DNA of 61,691 nucleotides, the filler included, from Syncephalis fuscata S228 (Eukaryota > Fungi > Zoopagomycota): the NCBI GenBank assembly GCA_025786725.1. It is 5 parts of 5 records of this genome, joined end to end, with 100 filler letters (N's around TTAATTAATTAA, not from the genome) between each part and the next. Parts side by side here need not be neighbours in the genome. Positions count along the whole stretch, not along the records: positions 20,811 to 38,532 come from JAHLTZ010000191.1; 4 more parts are not named here. One strand, given 5' to 3'. Position numbers and translations under genes: made by a program. Position 1 is the stretch's first letter. The number at the start of each line of letters is the position of its first letter. The notes under the pieces were generated by a model. The model was not told the DNA's origin and did no database searches. It worked only from the letters and a program-made list of their open reading frames with translations. Of this stretch, positions 24,982 through 38,632 are shown piece by piece.

Positions 24982-27398
24982 TTAAACACGTTGTGCCGAA
25001 GCACTTATAGGTTGTCGCTTCTTCATACTTTCCCAGGCCACAAAGCGTGGATAAGTGTGCTGATACATCAATTCGCAGATCTCAAGCAGTGCAGCATCTA
25101 AAATGCGTACATCCGTGCATGGTTGACCACTATCGATGATATGTCGGCGTAGTTTGGCGACGGTTAGTGCATCGAGGTGTATTTGTAGCGGGGCCGTAGG
25201 CTCAATAAATGTATGCCAAATATTTCTTAATTCACAATCTAATGTCGTTCGTCCTAGTGATGAAGCATTATTGCGTAGTCGACGACAGTGCTCGTAAAAA
25301 AGTGCATTCTCAATGCTGTAGTCACGTTTGGAGAATTGTTTAAATAGTTCAAATTGCACGGGATTTCCTAGCAGCAGTTCAAAAGTATCCCAGGTAAGCG
25401 CGTCGTGATGACGTTCTTGTAGTCGTTTTGCCCTACGTTCTTTAATGATGGGATAGATAACGGTGCAGAAATGAACATAAATGGAATAAGCGGCAATAGG
25501 CACTAAAAGGCAAAGAGTGCGCAAATGTTGTTTATACGATGGAATAATCAGCCAACTAACTAGGCCACCAGCCATAGCTATAATGCCGCCTATTATAATT
25601 AGCAGTAGTTCAAAACGTATACCAAATCCATCACGCGTTTTTGGTAAATTTTGGAACATTACTATTAATAATTAAAATAATGATTAATACAATTTTATAG
25701 GGAATAAAAAGTAATGAATATTGCAATTTACTTACTAGGCATAATAACGCAGTGAAGAATAGTGTATAATAGGCCAAATGGCCAAAGAGGCCATTGATAA
25801 AGGCAAATGACTGCTTCATTAACTATAGGCAATGAGTTTGTTTGCTGCGCAATTGCGTGAATAGTGCCTGTGATGATTATAACAATAAATACCAATATGA
25901 CGACCATAAGCGAGACTGCATTAAATGACTGGCGTTCTCGATGTCGCCAGTACCAACTGCCAAGTACAATACAAGGTGAGAACTCGTTAAAATTCTCGAT
26001 CTGCCTTTCAAATAACGTCGATACAAGCGACGACGAGATAACCGATATGACAGTGTTGTGTCGTGTGCGTTGTGGCACTACCACCATGGATGAATCTCTA
26101 CTGGCCACTGTTACTTCCGGACCACATAATGTATCCAATGAAATTGATTTTTGTCTAGTATTGACTTTTATTTTTTCTAGTGAATCTATATCGTCACAAA
26201 ATGGCGCTTCAGCTATCAAATGTTCAATGCTTTCTTGTTGAATTTCCTGGTCAACTATTGTTTGTGATCGGCCATATTTTCTCTGATGGCCTACCATTGT
26301 TTGAATGCTTGCACTATTGTATACTCGTTTGTTATTTGGCGGTCTTGCAGATTGGGATCGCAGATGACCGCGTTGTACTATCCGTGGCAATAACTCCTTG
26401 CCATTTAAGATTGATGCGGGCGCGCTATTAGCATTCTGGCTGATAATACTTGCATCATCGGCCTCTATACCAACTATAGATGCCGTGATATGGTTCAAAT
26501 CCATATTCTCGCCATCTAAACTGCGATTTCGCAAAAAGCTACTGTGTATTGATGGAAGTGCTGTGGCGGGTTTGTAACTAGTTGGCTCGGATGCGTTTGC
26601 AATTGTAATATTATCGATTGTTAATCTTGATGAGCTATCTTCTTTGTTACTTTTTAAAACATTTTGTCGACCAAGTAGTTTATAGCGCAAGCGATCATTC
26701 CAACGAATAATGACTACAAATATGTTGTATAGCCTATGGTTGTTAATAAATTCAATAGTCTCATTGGGTTGATCACGACCTGCCCAGTGGGCATTATGAT
26801 TATTCACTTCGACTGTATGTAGGTGTGCTTCACAACATATGAAAAATATTAATAATCGAGCATACCGACCCATGCTGATAAGCGTCAGTACTAAAAGCAT
26901 ACTCCCACCAAGCCATAATTCAACTGCACAGTGGAGTGGTCGATAGAATAGAATACGTATAACACACCACGATAACACAATACCCGTAGCAATAATTGAA
27001 GCCATAGTAAGTGGTATATTGCGATAATAAATACCCGGCAAGTGACGATGACCGATAAATACACCTAAACTTATGAATAGCACAAACTGCATTACAGCTA
27101 ATATGCCAGCTAGATGCCACCCATTATCGTTAAATAAATGAAGTTGCATCCAATAGTGGCTGTTGTTAGTGCTAAAATTAGTGGTGGTGGTAGTGGTGAT
27201 CGTAACCATATCGTCATGATTATCGGTGAAATCCGGCATTGTATTATTTGTGGATGGTACGTCAATACTAGCGGCATTTACAACAATTAAATATTCATTA
27301 TATAAATTAAGAATAGCAAATTTGTTTACGACAGCGTAAAGATAGAGAGAAGGAGAAAACACAACTTGGGCCGTGTTTGACCGGTACACGACAGTCAT
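24982..27398 (-). CDS. 7TM receptor fused to a C-terminal RGS domain (GprK/AtRGS1-like), two exons
   Basis: An intron at about 25662-25735 (GTAAGT..TTAATAG) joins the 556-aa and 225-aa ORFs in frame (..CVIMPIMFQNLPKTRDGFGIRFEL..). Seven hydrophobic helices. RGS motif FELLLGNPVQFELFKQFSKRDYSIENALFY..FIEPTAPLQIHL..LMYQHTYPRF. Confidence 0.82.
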
Positions 27399-30300
27399 TT
27401 GCTAAAATCTCACAGGATGTAGATTTAAGCAATAAGTATCAATACATAGACGCAATATTTAATCTGCAATGGTATAAATTAATGGCCGATCAATATTAAT
27501 AATGACACGACATTAAAATAAAGAATGAGCAATGATATCAGTAATATAAAATTGCACATGCACTAAAAATAATAATCAAAAGGAATAAAAGAAGCTGTGT
27601 GTCCAATAGAGTATCAATGAACTGAGATAGGGAATGAAAGAGATAAATGAAGTGAAAAATAAATTGAATAAGAGAGAAAGAAAGAAATATTGCGTAGATA
27701 TCGTCTACTGCATAGGTCATGCTTAAGGTGCATTGTTATAAGGCATGGTACTGCAGCTAACTGCAGCAACTTACATAGAATACTGCACGTATAGCTGTTA
27801 CTGGGAAAATTAATGCATACTGACAAGTACAATATGCCCGCAATCTATTGAATTTATAAGATTTGATATTCTTTTACATTTGAAATTGTTTCAAAACAAA
27901 ATTACAATTATTTATAGTCGATAAAGAATAAAACATATTGGTTAAAATACTTGTAATAACTTGGATGCTACTTGCTGGATAAATACAAAAGAGTGGATGT
28001 GTAATCAACTGCATTACAACTTGGCAATTGGCTGATTTCATGGCTGAATTCAATTCGACTTTTATCACTATTTCTTGATTTGTGTGTAAAAACATTGTGT
28101 ATATTTTTGGCGGCCATCGCACTGCGATTCCATATCGTCTTGCAAGATTGGCATTTGAGTACGACGCGCATTCTACACTTTGATTCAACAGTTGTCATAT
28201 TTTTCAATGTTTTTTATACTTTTTACAAAATTGACTTGCTAAATACTCATCAACATAAATAGACTTAATAGACCCATTATACTTATTGGCCAATCGCGTG
28301 ATAGCTTTGGTGCTTCTTTGTATAGAAGCAAATAACCTGTCTTTATAAACGCGCCAAATTTACTATCACCAAAGACAATGGTTGTTTTTTTGTGAGGTGT
28401 AGGAAGGTCTTTGGGCAATAAAAAACTTATTTATTTTCTTAGAATACAATTGATATAGTAAACGACATTTTACAAAAGCAATTAGTGATTTATGTTAAAA
28501 CACTTTGTCATTTGTATTCACTTTCTACCACATTTTACTATTTTTATTGGTTCATCACAAGTCACTCATACGAAAAATGACAATGTAAATGGTTATTTTT
28601 TATGTTATTAACATATTGACGTGATTACTACCAGTACTATTACATAAAATAAACAGCTTGTCGAAATCATATGTGAACATTCATAAGAATAATACATGTA
28701 TCAAACATCAACAATACCTACTAATAGTAAATAAATGTTAATTTTTAATGTTATAGCATAATGTTGGGATAAAGTATTTTTTGTTATCTAACTTGCAACT
28801 TTTAAAGTTGGTAATGTAATAGTATTATATTTATTTATAAGAAATAACATTACAGTTAATTTGATTACAAAATGTTTTACTTTTAATTAATTATGACCAT
28901 TATGCAAATAGCAACTTGTTCATTAATAGTCAAGATAATAGCATAAGCATTCTGCCATCACTGCTTAACATTCATAAATATTGTAAAATTGTTTTATTTA
29001 TTATTATATTACATAGGATCATTATAAAATGTTGCTAAATTTATTTATAGCTTTACATATGGTGAAATAAATTGCATGATATTTTGCACAAATGTGCATA
29101 TAACATATATGCAGCTATTGGAAAAGTATATTGTTATTATATTGCCTAATGGTGTAATAGTTACGATAATACGCTAATAAACGTGCAAAAATAACAGCTT
29201 TTACCGTTTATGACTTGTATAACTAAAAGATAGAAAAATGAGTGCCAGATTTGAGTTCTCCATGCATAGTTATACAGATTGGTATGAGAAATAGAACAAT
29301 AGTTTTTGCAAGAAAAGTTAGTCAAAAATGCAATTTACGCGTAAATCATTTAACAAAAAGCGATCAAAGTTTTATAATTTTAGAAAGTTTAATACTAAAA
29401 ATGAAATTTATTATAAAATAAACTCAAAGCGCTTTAAAGCACTAAAACAATTTGCACAAATTGATGGCTGACAGCATTATACATGATCGTAATACAAATG
29501 AGATGGATGTATAAATAATATTGTTGTTATTATTCTGCTACTACGATCATATCATTATAATAATATGACTAAGAAATGAGATTTGATATTAAATTACATT
29601 TATTTTACTATATTTATCATTTCATTAATAAAAATAAAAAGTATATTGTCCATTGATTGCTTATCATTAGTAAAAACCGTTTGTTTATTGCTAATTATAT
29701 TTATTATAAATAAAAACTATTTTGCTTTCATGTACATTGTAACTTCATTATTATTATTATTACTACTATCGTTAATATTGTTGTTATAACTAAATGAACA
29801 TGCATATAAATAAACATTTTTAAACTCAGTCATGTTACTTCAAAGTAATTTATTGATCAAATTCACACCATACTCAAACATAGTGACTTTGACGACACGC
29901 AGCCTTTCCTAATTTTAATGTAAAGCAAAAGCTGAGACTGTTATAGTGGCACAGCAAAAAGCAAAAGACGTTCGTAGTAACGATAAAAATTACATCGACG
30001 CGAGGAAAAGCAAGTAAGAAAGAGAAAGAGAAAAGAAGCAGGCAATTTGGCATCATCGATTGGCGGAGCAATGCTACAACGACCAATGGAGCGACAAATG
30101 GCGGCAAGTGGCGTACACGCAGAAGTCAAGTGAAGTTTGGGGCACACAGTATTGTGTTGCATAGAAGCAATAGTACACACAGATTGAGCCAGAAATAGCA
30201 GTGAGTGAGTGAGGTAGAGGTGAATACTAGAGAGAAAGTAAAAGCAAGTAAGCAGGTACAAGCAATAGATAAAAAAGCAGAAGAGGTGGTTGGAGAGAGA

Positions 30301-30997
30301 GCAGTGAAGCTGGTGTTATAACAAAAAAACTATTACGACATTGAAGAGACGGATCAGATGGTGTCAAACGAACCATCAATGAAGGTCTGTACAAACATAC
30401 ATACATGCACCTACTTATTCACTTATAAATAGGTGAAAGTAAGTAGAAAGTAAGTATGCAATAGGCATGTGAAACTGTGGCCAGGTGGTTGGTTGGTTGG
30501 TTAAAGAGAGGGAAAGATGGAGAAAAGAGGTAAGAGTGAACTGTTCTAGAAATCGTCAATAGGGATTTCACGAGACCGGCCCGGAAACAACAAAAGTACG
30601 TAGCGGACCGAGTAGAACAACAAACTACTCATCACAGTGGCTGAACTAAAAGGAAAGATAATGATGGATGTTGTAGCCGATAGTGAATCGTATATAGATA
30701 TAGCACATACAAATACACGTGCAAACATATCATAAATACAACCAAAGATGAAGTAGTAAATAAATGGTGATAATGGAAGTGTGTTAGGAAGGGTAGATAG
30801 TGTGCTTATACTAGTAGCTATATAATAAACTATTATATCAAACACTATTTAAAGTAAAAAAAATTAACAAGCAGTATCGGCCATAGAAAGAGAGAAGGCT
30901 GACGTATCATCAATGCTGAGAACATCAACCATCTCGTTAGCAGCACCGGTAGCTGTAACACCGAGGTTAAGATTGGCTACCATGCTGGCAGGTACAA

Positions 30998-32428
30998 CTA
31001 CGGCCTTAATACTGGCATTTGAAGGCGTTCTTGGGCCTGGGCAATTACAGTGGCAGCCGCTTTAACATGAGCTTTCTTGCCTAATGGTAATGCTACGGCA
31101 CCGGGATGGGCATGTTCCACATGATATTTAAGACCATTAAGATTCTTGTATGATTTACCGCATTCTGGAATAGTGCAGCGATATGGTTTCACCTGAACAC
31201 CGCGTGTAGCATTGGCCAATGCACCATCAGCGCCATTACCGTTGTGGGTCACTGGGTTAACGAGTGGCATACCGTTATGGCTGCCCGATGCAGCTGATGC
31301 AGTACCATTGCAGTGGCCGTGCAAGTTGTGGTACTTTAGACCATTGGCATTCTTGTAGGACTTTTCACATCCTGGTACGGCACAGCGGTAGGGACGATCC
31401 ACCAAAGTGGTGCAGGCAGCACCAGTGGTGGATGAAGAAGCGACCACGTTTGAACCGGCATTCACTCGAGCACTAATGCCAACTGGTGTGGCAATGGGAC
31501 GCGTAGCATGGCCAAGTAGATTGGCATTGACTGCCGTTGGTTGCATAGACATGGCCGATGACGCAGCAATGTTAGCATTTAACGATGCAGATTGGCCATT
31601 GGCCATCATGGCAGCCGAGGTAGCTGTGGCCAATGAAGTGCTACGGCCATTAAGAAGCAATTGCTGTTGGAGCAATAATGCATCCTGTAGCATCTCCTCA
31701 GTGCCAATGTTGCCACTGCCGATTTGCAATAAAGCGGCCAATAACAGCTCATCATCTACGAATGTTTGCTGTTGCATTGGTGGCGATTGTGGCACTGGAA
31801 TGGCACCCATAGCCATGCGCTTGTTGGTCATGCCATTGAATGCGTCAAGACTGGTCATAGATGATGCAGTACGTTTACGGCCCATCAAGTTAACATCCAT
31901 ATGATCCATAATGTCAAGTTCCATGGCTGCAGTTTGTTGGGATAAAACGTCATTCAAATTGACACCAGACATGGCAGCGGCAGCGGCAGTAGCCGACAAT
32001 GGCTGACGTTTTAATGCAGCAGCTGCATTGAACTGACGAGCCATTAAAGTGTCACGAACTGGAGATGGTGAGCCGGGACGGGACTCATCACTGCCAGTCT
32101 GCCAGTCATCCATAGCATGATGAGCATAGCCCATGGCAGCTGGGTCTTCTTCTTCAAAACGTACGTGGCACTCTTCGTAGTGCTGTAGCAAGTCGTGCAA
32201 ATCACGCAATACTAGTCCACAGCACGAAAAGTCACGGCAAAAGTTGGCTTCCAAGTCGTGAGGATAATAGTCGTCATCCGAGCTCGACTCGGAGGCATCA
32301 AGAAGGGTGGGCGTAAAATCGTAAAAGTCAAAAGCAGAATCGCGAGCCAATGAACCTTGCGACACTTGGCACAGCTCTTCTTGCTGTTGCTTCTTTTGGG
32401 AAAGGATGATATCGACTGGAGCAGGCAT
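30998..32428 (-). CDS. SFP1: Split zinc-finger C2H2 transcription factor Sfp1
   Basis: N-terminal finger FCRDFSCCGLVLRDLHDLLQHYEECH; C-terminal RPYRCAVPGCEKSYKNANGLKYHNLHGH and KPYRCTIPECGKSYKNLNGLKYHVEH. Confidence 0.9.
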   Translation of the reverse strand: MPAPVDIILSQKKQQQEELCQVSQGSLARDSAFDFYDFTPTLLDASESSSDDDYYPHDLEANFCRDFSCCGLVLRDLHDLLQHYEECHVRFEEEDPAAMGYAHHAMDDWQTGSDESRPGSPSPVRDTLMARQFNAAAALKRQPLSATAAAAAMSGVNLNDVLSQQTAAMELDIMDHMDVNLMGRKRTASSMTSLDAFNGMTNKRMAMGAIPVPQSPPMQQQTFVDDELLLAALLQIGSGNIGTEEMLQDALLLQQQLLLNGRSTSLATATSAAMMANGQSASLNANIAASSAMSMQPTAVNANLLGHATRPIATPVGISARVNAGSNVVASSSTTGAACTTLVDRPYRCAVPGCEKSYKNANGLKYHNLHGHCNGTASAASGSHNGMPLVNPVTHNGNGADGALANATRGVQVKPYRCTIPECGKSYKNLNGLKYHVEHAHPGAVALPLGKKAHVKAAATVIAQAQERLQMPVLRP

Positions 32429-33312
32429 GATGCAGATGATACTATAACAGGAGTGTTAAGCTAACGATAGGAAGGAAAGACGATAGAGCTGGAACGAGAA
32501 CGTAATACGTCAACGAATAGCAAATGCCAGCTATGTAATTGCTTGCTTGGTTGGTTGGCTAAGGTAGACGTGGGTGGATGGACACGGGTAATCAACAAGC
32601 CGTCGTAGATTGTTGATAGGCGATAGTCTTTTTGGATGCTTGTTCAAAGTTGTAATAACAAAATAAGCTACTAGCAACTTGGTTATTTCGGTCTAAATAG
32701 TACCAGACGCAAAAAATAAAGGTTAGTAAACAGTCTGTTTTCTTTTTCAAATGTATTATTAACAAAGAGATTGGAGATACGACAAGTACACGAATACAGG
32801 TCCTGGGGCGAAAAAAGAAGAAAGAGAAGAGCGGGGAAAAGGCCAGGACACGCCACTGCTGATCAATATCAAGAGAACACCGTCAACCTATCACTGATCA
32901 GTAAAGATAACAACAGGTGTAGGACAATGCTGCTCGTCTCGTAGTACATAGGCTATATACACAGCAACTTGTAACAGAAAGATAAGAATAGAGCGAAGGG
33001 GTACACTTCCACTTTTACTGATACATGACTATTTTAATTACGTATCCGCCAAAGAGGAGTGAAACACACAAAGAAAGAGTATAAGACGATAGTGAATAAG
33101 CAAGCCAAGAATTAAAACAGACTCTGGCTCAAACAGTACTTCAATCGCCGCCAGTCCATACACAGCTATATGACTGATACTGGTGTTGGTGTCAAAGATG
33201 ATCGGAGTGTCACACTGTCATAGAGTTGCCACATTGGTGTCAAGTGGATTTATCATACAAAATACAGATGAATATGCATTATAAAGAACAGAATAAATGT
33301 GGATGTGTGTCG

Positions 33313-33313
<1 letters not shown>

Positions 33314-33343
<30 letters not shown>

Positions 33344-33364
33344 TGTATGTACGTATGTACGTAT
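33314..33364. repeat. (TATG)n tetranucleotide microsatellite
   Basis: Direct inspection. Confidence 0.9.
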
Positions 33365-33687
33365 ACAGTAATATTATATTGCATAATGACCAGTAGCCAT
33401 AAATAAACATCGTTTATATGCTATTACATTATACATGCGCTATTACTCACCCCAGGTATAATGCTTTATCGGCAATACGTCGTTATCGTAGTAGTGTAAT
33501 AGAGTATAGCTGTGTCAATAACCAACTAGTATCACTATTTTTAAACTTCAATGACAAATTGTCGTCGATTCGTTGAAGAAAGAGCAAAGATGGGTAGAGA
33601 TAAAAGATAAAGATAGATTTGTATCAAAATTGTAACCACGAATGCAATCAAACTGATTGATGTGTATAAGCGAGTGTTGTAGGTGAC

Positions 33688-33746
33688 AAGAGAGAGAGAA
33701 AGAGAGAGAGAGTGTGTGTGTGTGTGTGTGGGTGAGTGAGTGAGTG
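33688..33746. repeat. Compound (GA)n(GT)n(GAGT)n microsatellite
   Basis: Direct inspection. Confidence 0.85.
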
Positions 33747-36003
33747 AATGTGAAGCTAGAGTTTGCGAAGCAATGGATAAGCAGATCAATTGAAGTAAAG
33801 AAGGATAGCAATATAATGTGTGCAATCTTGGGGATTTAATGCGATCACGCTTCGTTTTAAAATCGTGGATTTAATGCATTGGCAAGAGGACGACAGGTGG
33901 CACAACTGCCGATAATGGTCTGTATAAGGAAGACTGGCACGGGGGATATCTACTCAGACAGGTGGTAATGAGACGGCGCGTAGTGTAATAGATAGCCAAA
34001 TCCACCACGTTCCCCGTCTAAAACTAGGCAGCATCAACGAGATGGGAGACAAGGTCGCTCTATGGGTGTGAACCACTAAACCGGAAAAGGCCGATGGCGG
34101 TCATTGAATAGGAACCAACCAACTGTTGTGGTATTATGGAATAGAATAGGAGAGGAAGAGGCACACACACACAACTATTACACGCACCGAGGCAAGGATG
34201 TAGGAGGGAGAGAGATAGAGGAGAGGAGAGTGAATGTACACGCATACTCACACATACATACGCACAGGTTGGCGGCACGGCGGTTCAAAAGTAAAACAGT
34301 TGACCTCAGCACCAGCTAGTAAGAAACTTTCCTAGAGGCTAATACTGTTTATCATGGAGTACAACGCGTCGTACCATGTGGTATTTACTACTTTTATCGG
34401 GTAACTGAAGCAAATCAAAACGCCGATGATACAAATTATTGTTTTGTATGTATACACATTTGTGGTATATAGCAAATAAAGAAATACCAACCGCCATATT
34501 GAATAACTAGTTTCGTTCCTCCCCATATGTAAATAAATACATATAGGTCACAGTTATGTAGACAAAATAGACTCATTTGCCCTGTCTAGCATACGTTTCT
34601 TCCATCCACTATTCCCTTTCCCTCCCTCCCATTACAGATAAACGTAGCATGTGGAACCAACCATCAAGTAAATGAACGTGTCGATAAAGCATTGCCCAAC
34701 TGAGTCAACACTAAAGTTATTTTGAAATAAAAATAGATATGACCGCATGGTCTATACCCTACTGGACTCAATACCGTTTACTTTTCTCTCACTTTGGCAC
34801 TCTTGCTCTATCTCACTGGATGTTCCATTCGCCTATGCTCTACCATTTTGACCTCGCCCCCCCCCCCTGCATTCTGCATGCCTAGTTGCCTTTACATGCA
34901 TATAGCATATCGTGTGTGGCGGTTACTGATGTAATACTGCAGGGATGATAACAAATAAACTAATGACATAGTGACAATAGTGACAAATACTTGGCATATA
35001 TCATATATCACATAACATATATTACATAGCAACAATTATATAACAAATAACATGTAGCATACATTGCATTTAGAGTTTGGCATACATTGCATATAACATA
35101 TAACATACAACATAACAGCAAAACATGTAACAAGTATATTAAATGCCGGCCTAGCCCGGCCTAAAGAATGTACCTACCGTACAAGTGAGTCTGGAATGAC
35201 TTTCTTCGTTAATAGAGTCGAAAACAATGAAATGATAATTGCAAGGCGCAATAACAATGATATTGTCGGCGACGTGGTATTAAAAAGACAAGCGTGTAAA
35301 TGAGAGTTATGCGGTACACACCTTGTTAGAAGACGAAGAAGAGTAAAGGCCTGCATTAAAGGAAAACTTGGATCCTGTGCGACACGTGAAAGTTCCAAGC
35401 CACCTTTTTCACACGGCACGTTTTGCCTATTGATCTGGCATTCGTTGCTTTCTCTTCATATCTCTGTGTGGGCGTGTTGTCTTTACGTGTTGCTTCCGCA
35501 CTATTGCTTCCCCGTCTTTCCCCGTTCTGTCAAGGACGAGACTGGCGTGAGATTGGGCATTTCTCTGACAGATGCCGTTCAGTGTCACTACACAATATGC
35601 GAATCTAAAACAATGACGTAATAAATGGCCAATCATCCCAATATACTAGTATTTGTCCTACAAAAAGTATAGGTACACAGAGTTGGGCTGTTTAGCAATT
35701 GACTAATATGTAGAAATTGACCGGTTTGCTATCTTGTCAGAGTGAGCAGGCCTTTAGCCACTATCTCTCCCCCTCCTCTATCCATCTACATCTTAGGGCA
35801 AAACAAGTGTGTGAATAAGATAAGCTCGTTGCTAGAGTTCCGGTTTTAATCGCCGGTGATCTTATCATTGTTCTACATATGGCTAGTTTAAAAGTGATGA
35901 CTCGATGCTGTAATAAACAAATATTTTATATTGTTAATAAAATGTGTAATAAACATAAGCAATGTGCATAGGCAGGTAGAAATATAAATGAGAGAGGTAA
36001 GAG

Positions 36004-37191
36004 TTAACAGGAAACAGCCGCCACCAGTATTCGTGCCACCTGGTCCATTTGTAAGTAATCGATTGGAACTTGCGGCTTCTGCCATAGCTCAGGCGTGTCG
36101 ATAATCTAATATATAAAAATAAAGGTGTGTATTAGCGTGTGTTTTGGTGTTTGCAAGTACAAGCCTTGTATTAATTAAATAACCATAATTGTGATAGCGA
36201 TAGCCATAGCTGTAATAGCTATAGCGCTAGTCGTATCCACATAGGCATGCTGTCTTACCTGCTCTACCAATTGTTCCATAGCCGTACTAATATTCATTCG
36301 GTTTTGCACTACATTCCAAAATAATGTCCAAGTCGCTCTGCCAGCTGTTGCCTTCTTCTCGTATACCACGCGAGCTGCTTCCTACAATAGTTGTTATTAT
36401 ACAGAATTCTATGTTTATTTATTTATATACATACTACACCTACCTTATCTACTTTATGCCAACAATCATTTTAACAATATTGCCATTGCTAGCATAAACA
36501 TTTAATTCTTGAAGCCAATGCCCAACTCTTCAAAAGTATCTCGATTTGTAACATCGTATACTATGAATTATATTAGCAACACTATAGCACTATATCCACA
36601 TATTCACAGCTATTATTGCTGTTGTAGTCGTTGTTACTATTGTTGCTATGGCAATCATAGCTGTAATTACGGTAATTACAGTCAAAACAGCAATAACATA
36701 GCAATAACATAGCAATAACATAGCAATAGTATAACAATAAATGTTTATTTACTTACCAAGAATAACACCTTGAGCTCCACGGTAATACGAAGATGTTAGT
36801 GTTCGAACCGTTCTTGACCTGCCGTATCCTGAAATATAACACGTTGTTAGTCTTCTGTTGTACGTTTATATAGCAAGAAATAACTTACCCAGATTGTCAA
36901 CTTGTATCGCTTATCTTCGTAGTCAACCACTTTGACTTTGAAGTCAACACCTAGGTGCATTTATATTTGGTTAGTCATTCTATAGAATTGCAATACTTTT
37001 GTCATCACGCAGTGCAAATGACATAGTATCGCCTGTAGTTCTTATAGCACAGCTTACCAATAGTAGCGCTTACTTCCTCGGGCGGGTAGAAATGCGTCGT
37101 CGGTAAAACGAAGCAGAATCGACGACTTGCCTACATTGGTATTACCAATAAGCAACAGTTTAAAAGTGGCAGTTATATCAAAATCGGACAT
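36004..37191 (-). CDS. RAB18: Rab18-like small GTPase, multi-exon, with apparent single-base indels
   Basis: FKLLLIGNTNVGKSSILLRFTDDAF; VSATIG|VDFKVKVV..KLTIW|DTAGQER(F)RTLTSSYYRGAQGVIL|VYDVTNRDTF; MIVGIK; ECSAK. The C-terminus restores to GGGCSC* with one base removed near 36013. Confidence 0.85.
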
Positions 37192-38532
37192 ATTGGTTAC
37201 CAACAATAAGGCGAATGTAGAATAAAATGGCTCAAACAACAGTACCAAAGATGGCTGTATTTACGTGCTACTAAAGAAAGTAGGGAGGAGAGCTGCAAAG
37301 TAGAACAAAAAGGGGAAATGGTGAAAAGGAGAGGGGGGATATACTGGGCGGTGATGACACTATTGTTACGAATGAGATCTTCTTTATTGGAATTTATGAT
37401 ACTTGAGTAGTACAGTTCTACAATGCTTGAGGGAGTAGCATTTGTGACTTATCTAGAGGAGATGGATTAGCAGGAGGGTGCATAGATACGATTAGATAAC
37501 AAAAGCATAATTAATCGAACACGTAATTGATATTAGATGAATATTGATACTAGAATATTGTTATATGTTTAATATGATTAGCACAGTTTTGTTGTTGTAG
37601 ATTTGTATAACACTAAACGTCGATAGCACTTTAGCAATGCAACTATTATGCCATTGATCAATAGTCGACAATGCAAGATGTTGAGCCATTGATTCCGAGA
37701 ATCATATAGCTTGCATTGCTAGTGACGTAATTAACGTGTGACTACATCACCTGAACACCGTGTGACGCTAGAATTCCGTTTCAAAAGTCTAGAATCAAGT
37801 AAAAGTAGATGAGTGCTTCAACACTGTTTAGTCTTAGTAGCAAAATTGTGCGAATCAGTTGGACAACTAGTTTTATCCGATTTCAATCGATTGTGCCAAG
37901 TGTACATGTTAGTTGGCGGAGTTTATTCACTTTTATCGTAATAATTATTTATTGACAAGTCAACATACGTTCATTGTGACGTATATAACTATAATCAATA
38001 TTAATAATGCAAAATAAATAAATAAATAAAATGTTAGTAAAAATGTTAATAAATTAGGATAAATAATTTAGGTGATTGCTTGTATAGTCATTTTATTTTA
38101 TATAGATAAATAGATAGATAGATAGATGGACAAATACTATAGCTTACCTATTCGTTATTGCTTAATTAGCCGATACAAACTATTATATCGGCCAATAAAT
38201 AGATATAATTAGTTAATTTATTACCAATAGTGCTTAATAATCAATTGCTGTTACTGATTTATAACTTTAATATAAGTATTATATGCCAAGCCACTGGGTA
38301 ATATTAAATATTTATTGTCCATTAAATAACAATACTGTCCTATCGACATTTGGTAATAGTATACGATATCTAAAAGACTGAATAGCCGAATATATTAATG
38401 ACAGTTTAAACAAGTGTAGATTGTTGCATAGTCAAATCAGCGTGAGCTATTGCTCTAAGTAGTTGATACTACATTAGTGTAGCACTATCGTGCTAGCTAA
38501 GACAATATAGATATCAAACTGGTTATTGGTAA

Positions 38533-38632
38533 NNNNNNNNNNNNNNNNNNNNNNNNNNNNNNNNNNNNNNNNNNNNTTAATTAATTAANNNNNNNNNNNN
38601 NNNNNNNNNNNNNNNNNNNNNNNNNNNNNNNN
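38533..38632. other. Assembly gap / contig spacer
   Basis: 100-nt N-run with central TTAATTAATTAA. Confidence 0.97.

Noticed and set aside
27400-30990. Numerous 60-105 aa ORFs in AT-rich intergenic DNA (also 32500-35900 and 60750-61691)
   Set aside because: Low-complexity or microsatellite-derived, mostly non-ATG starts, no recognisable motifs. I found no periodic AG-NNN-GT signal there.
1-32428. TOR/ribosome-biogenesis gene cluster (NPR2, BMS1, PPE1, SFP1)
   Set aside because: The genes are interspersed with unrelated ones and split by a gap; there is no evidence beyond coincidence.
15285-37095. Frameshifts in BMS1 (about 15290-15315 and 17790), PPE1 (about 19860) and RAB18 (about 36013, 36808, 37080) as programmed frameshifting or pseudogenisation
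   Set aside because: These are single-base indels, mostly at short homopolymers, in several conserved genes including essential BMS1. Consensus error is the simplest explanation, and the same caution applies to BAHD paralog 4 and 60163-60749.
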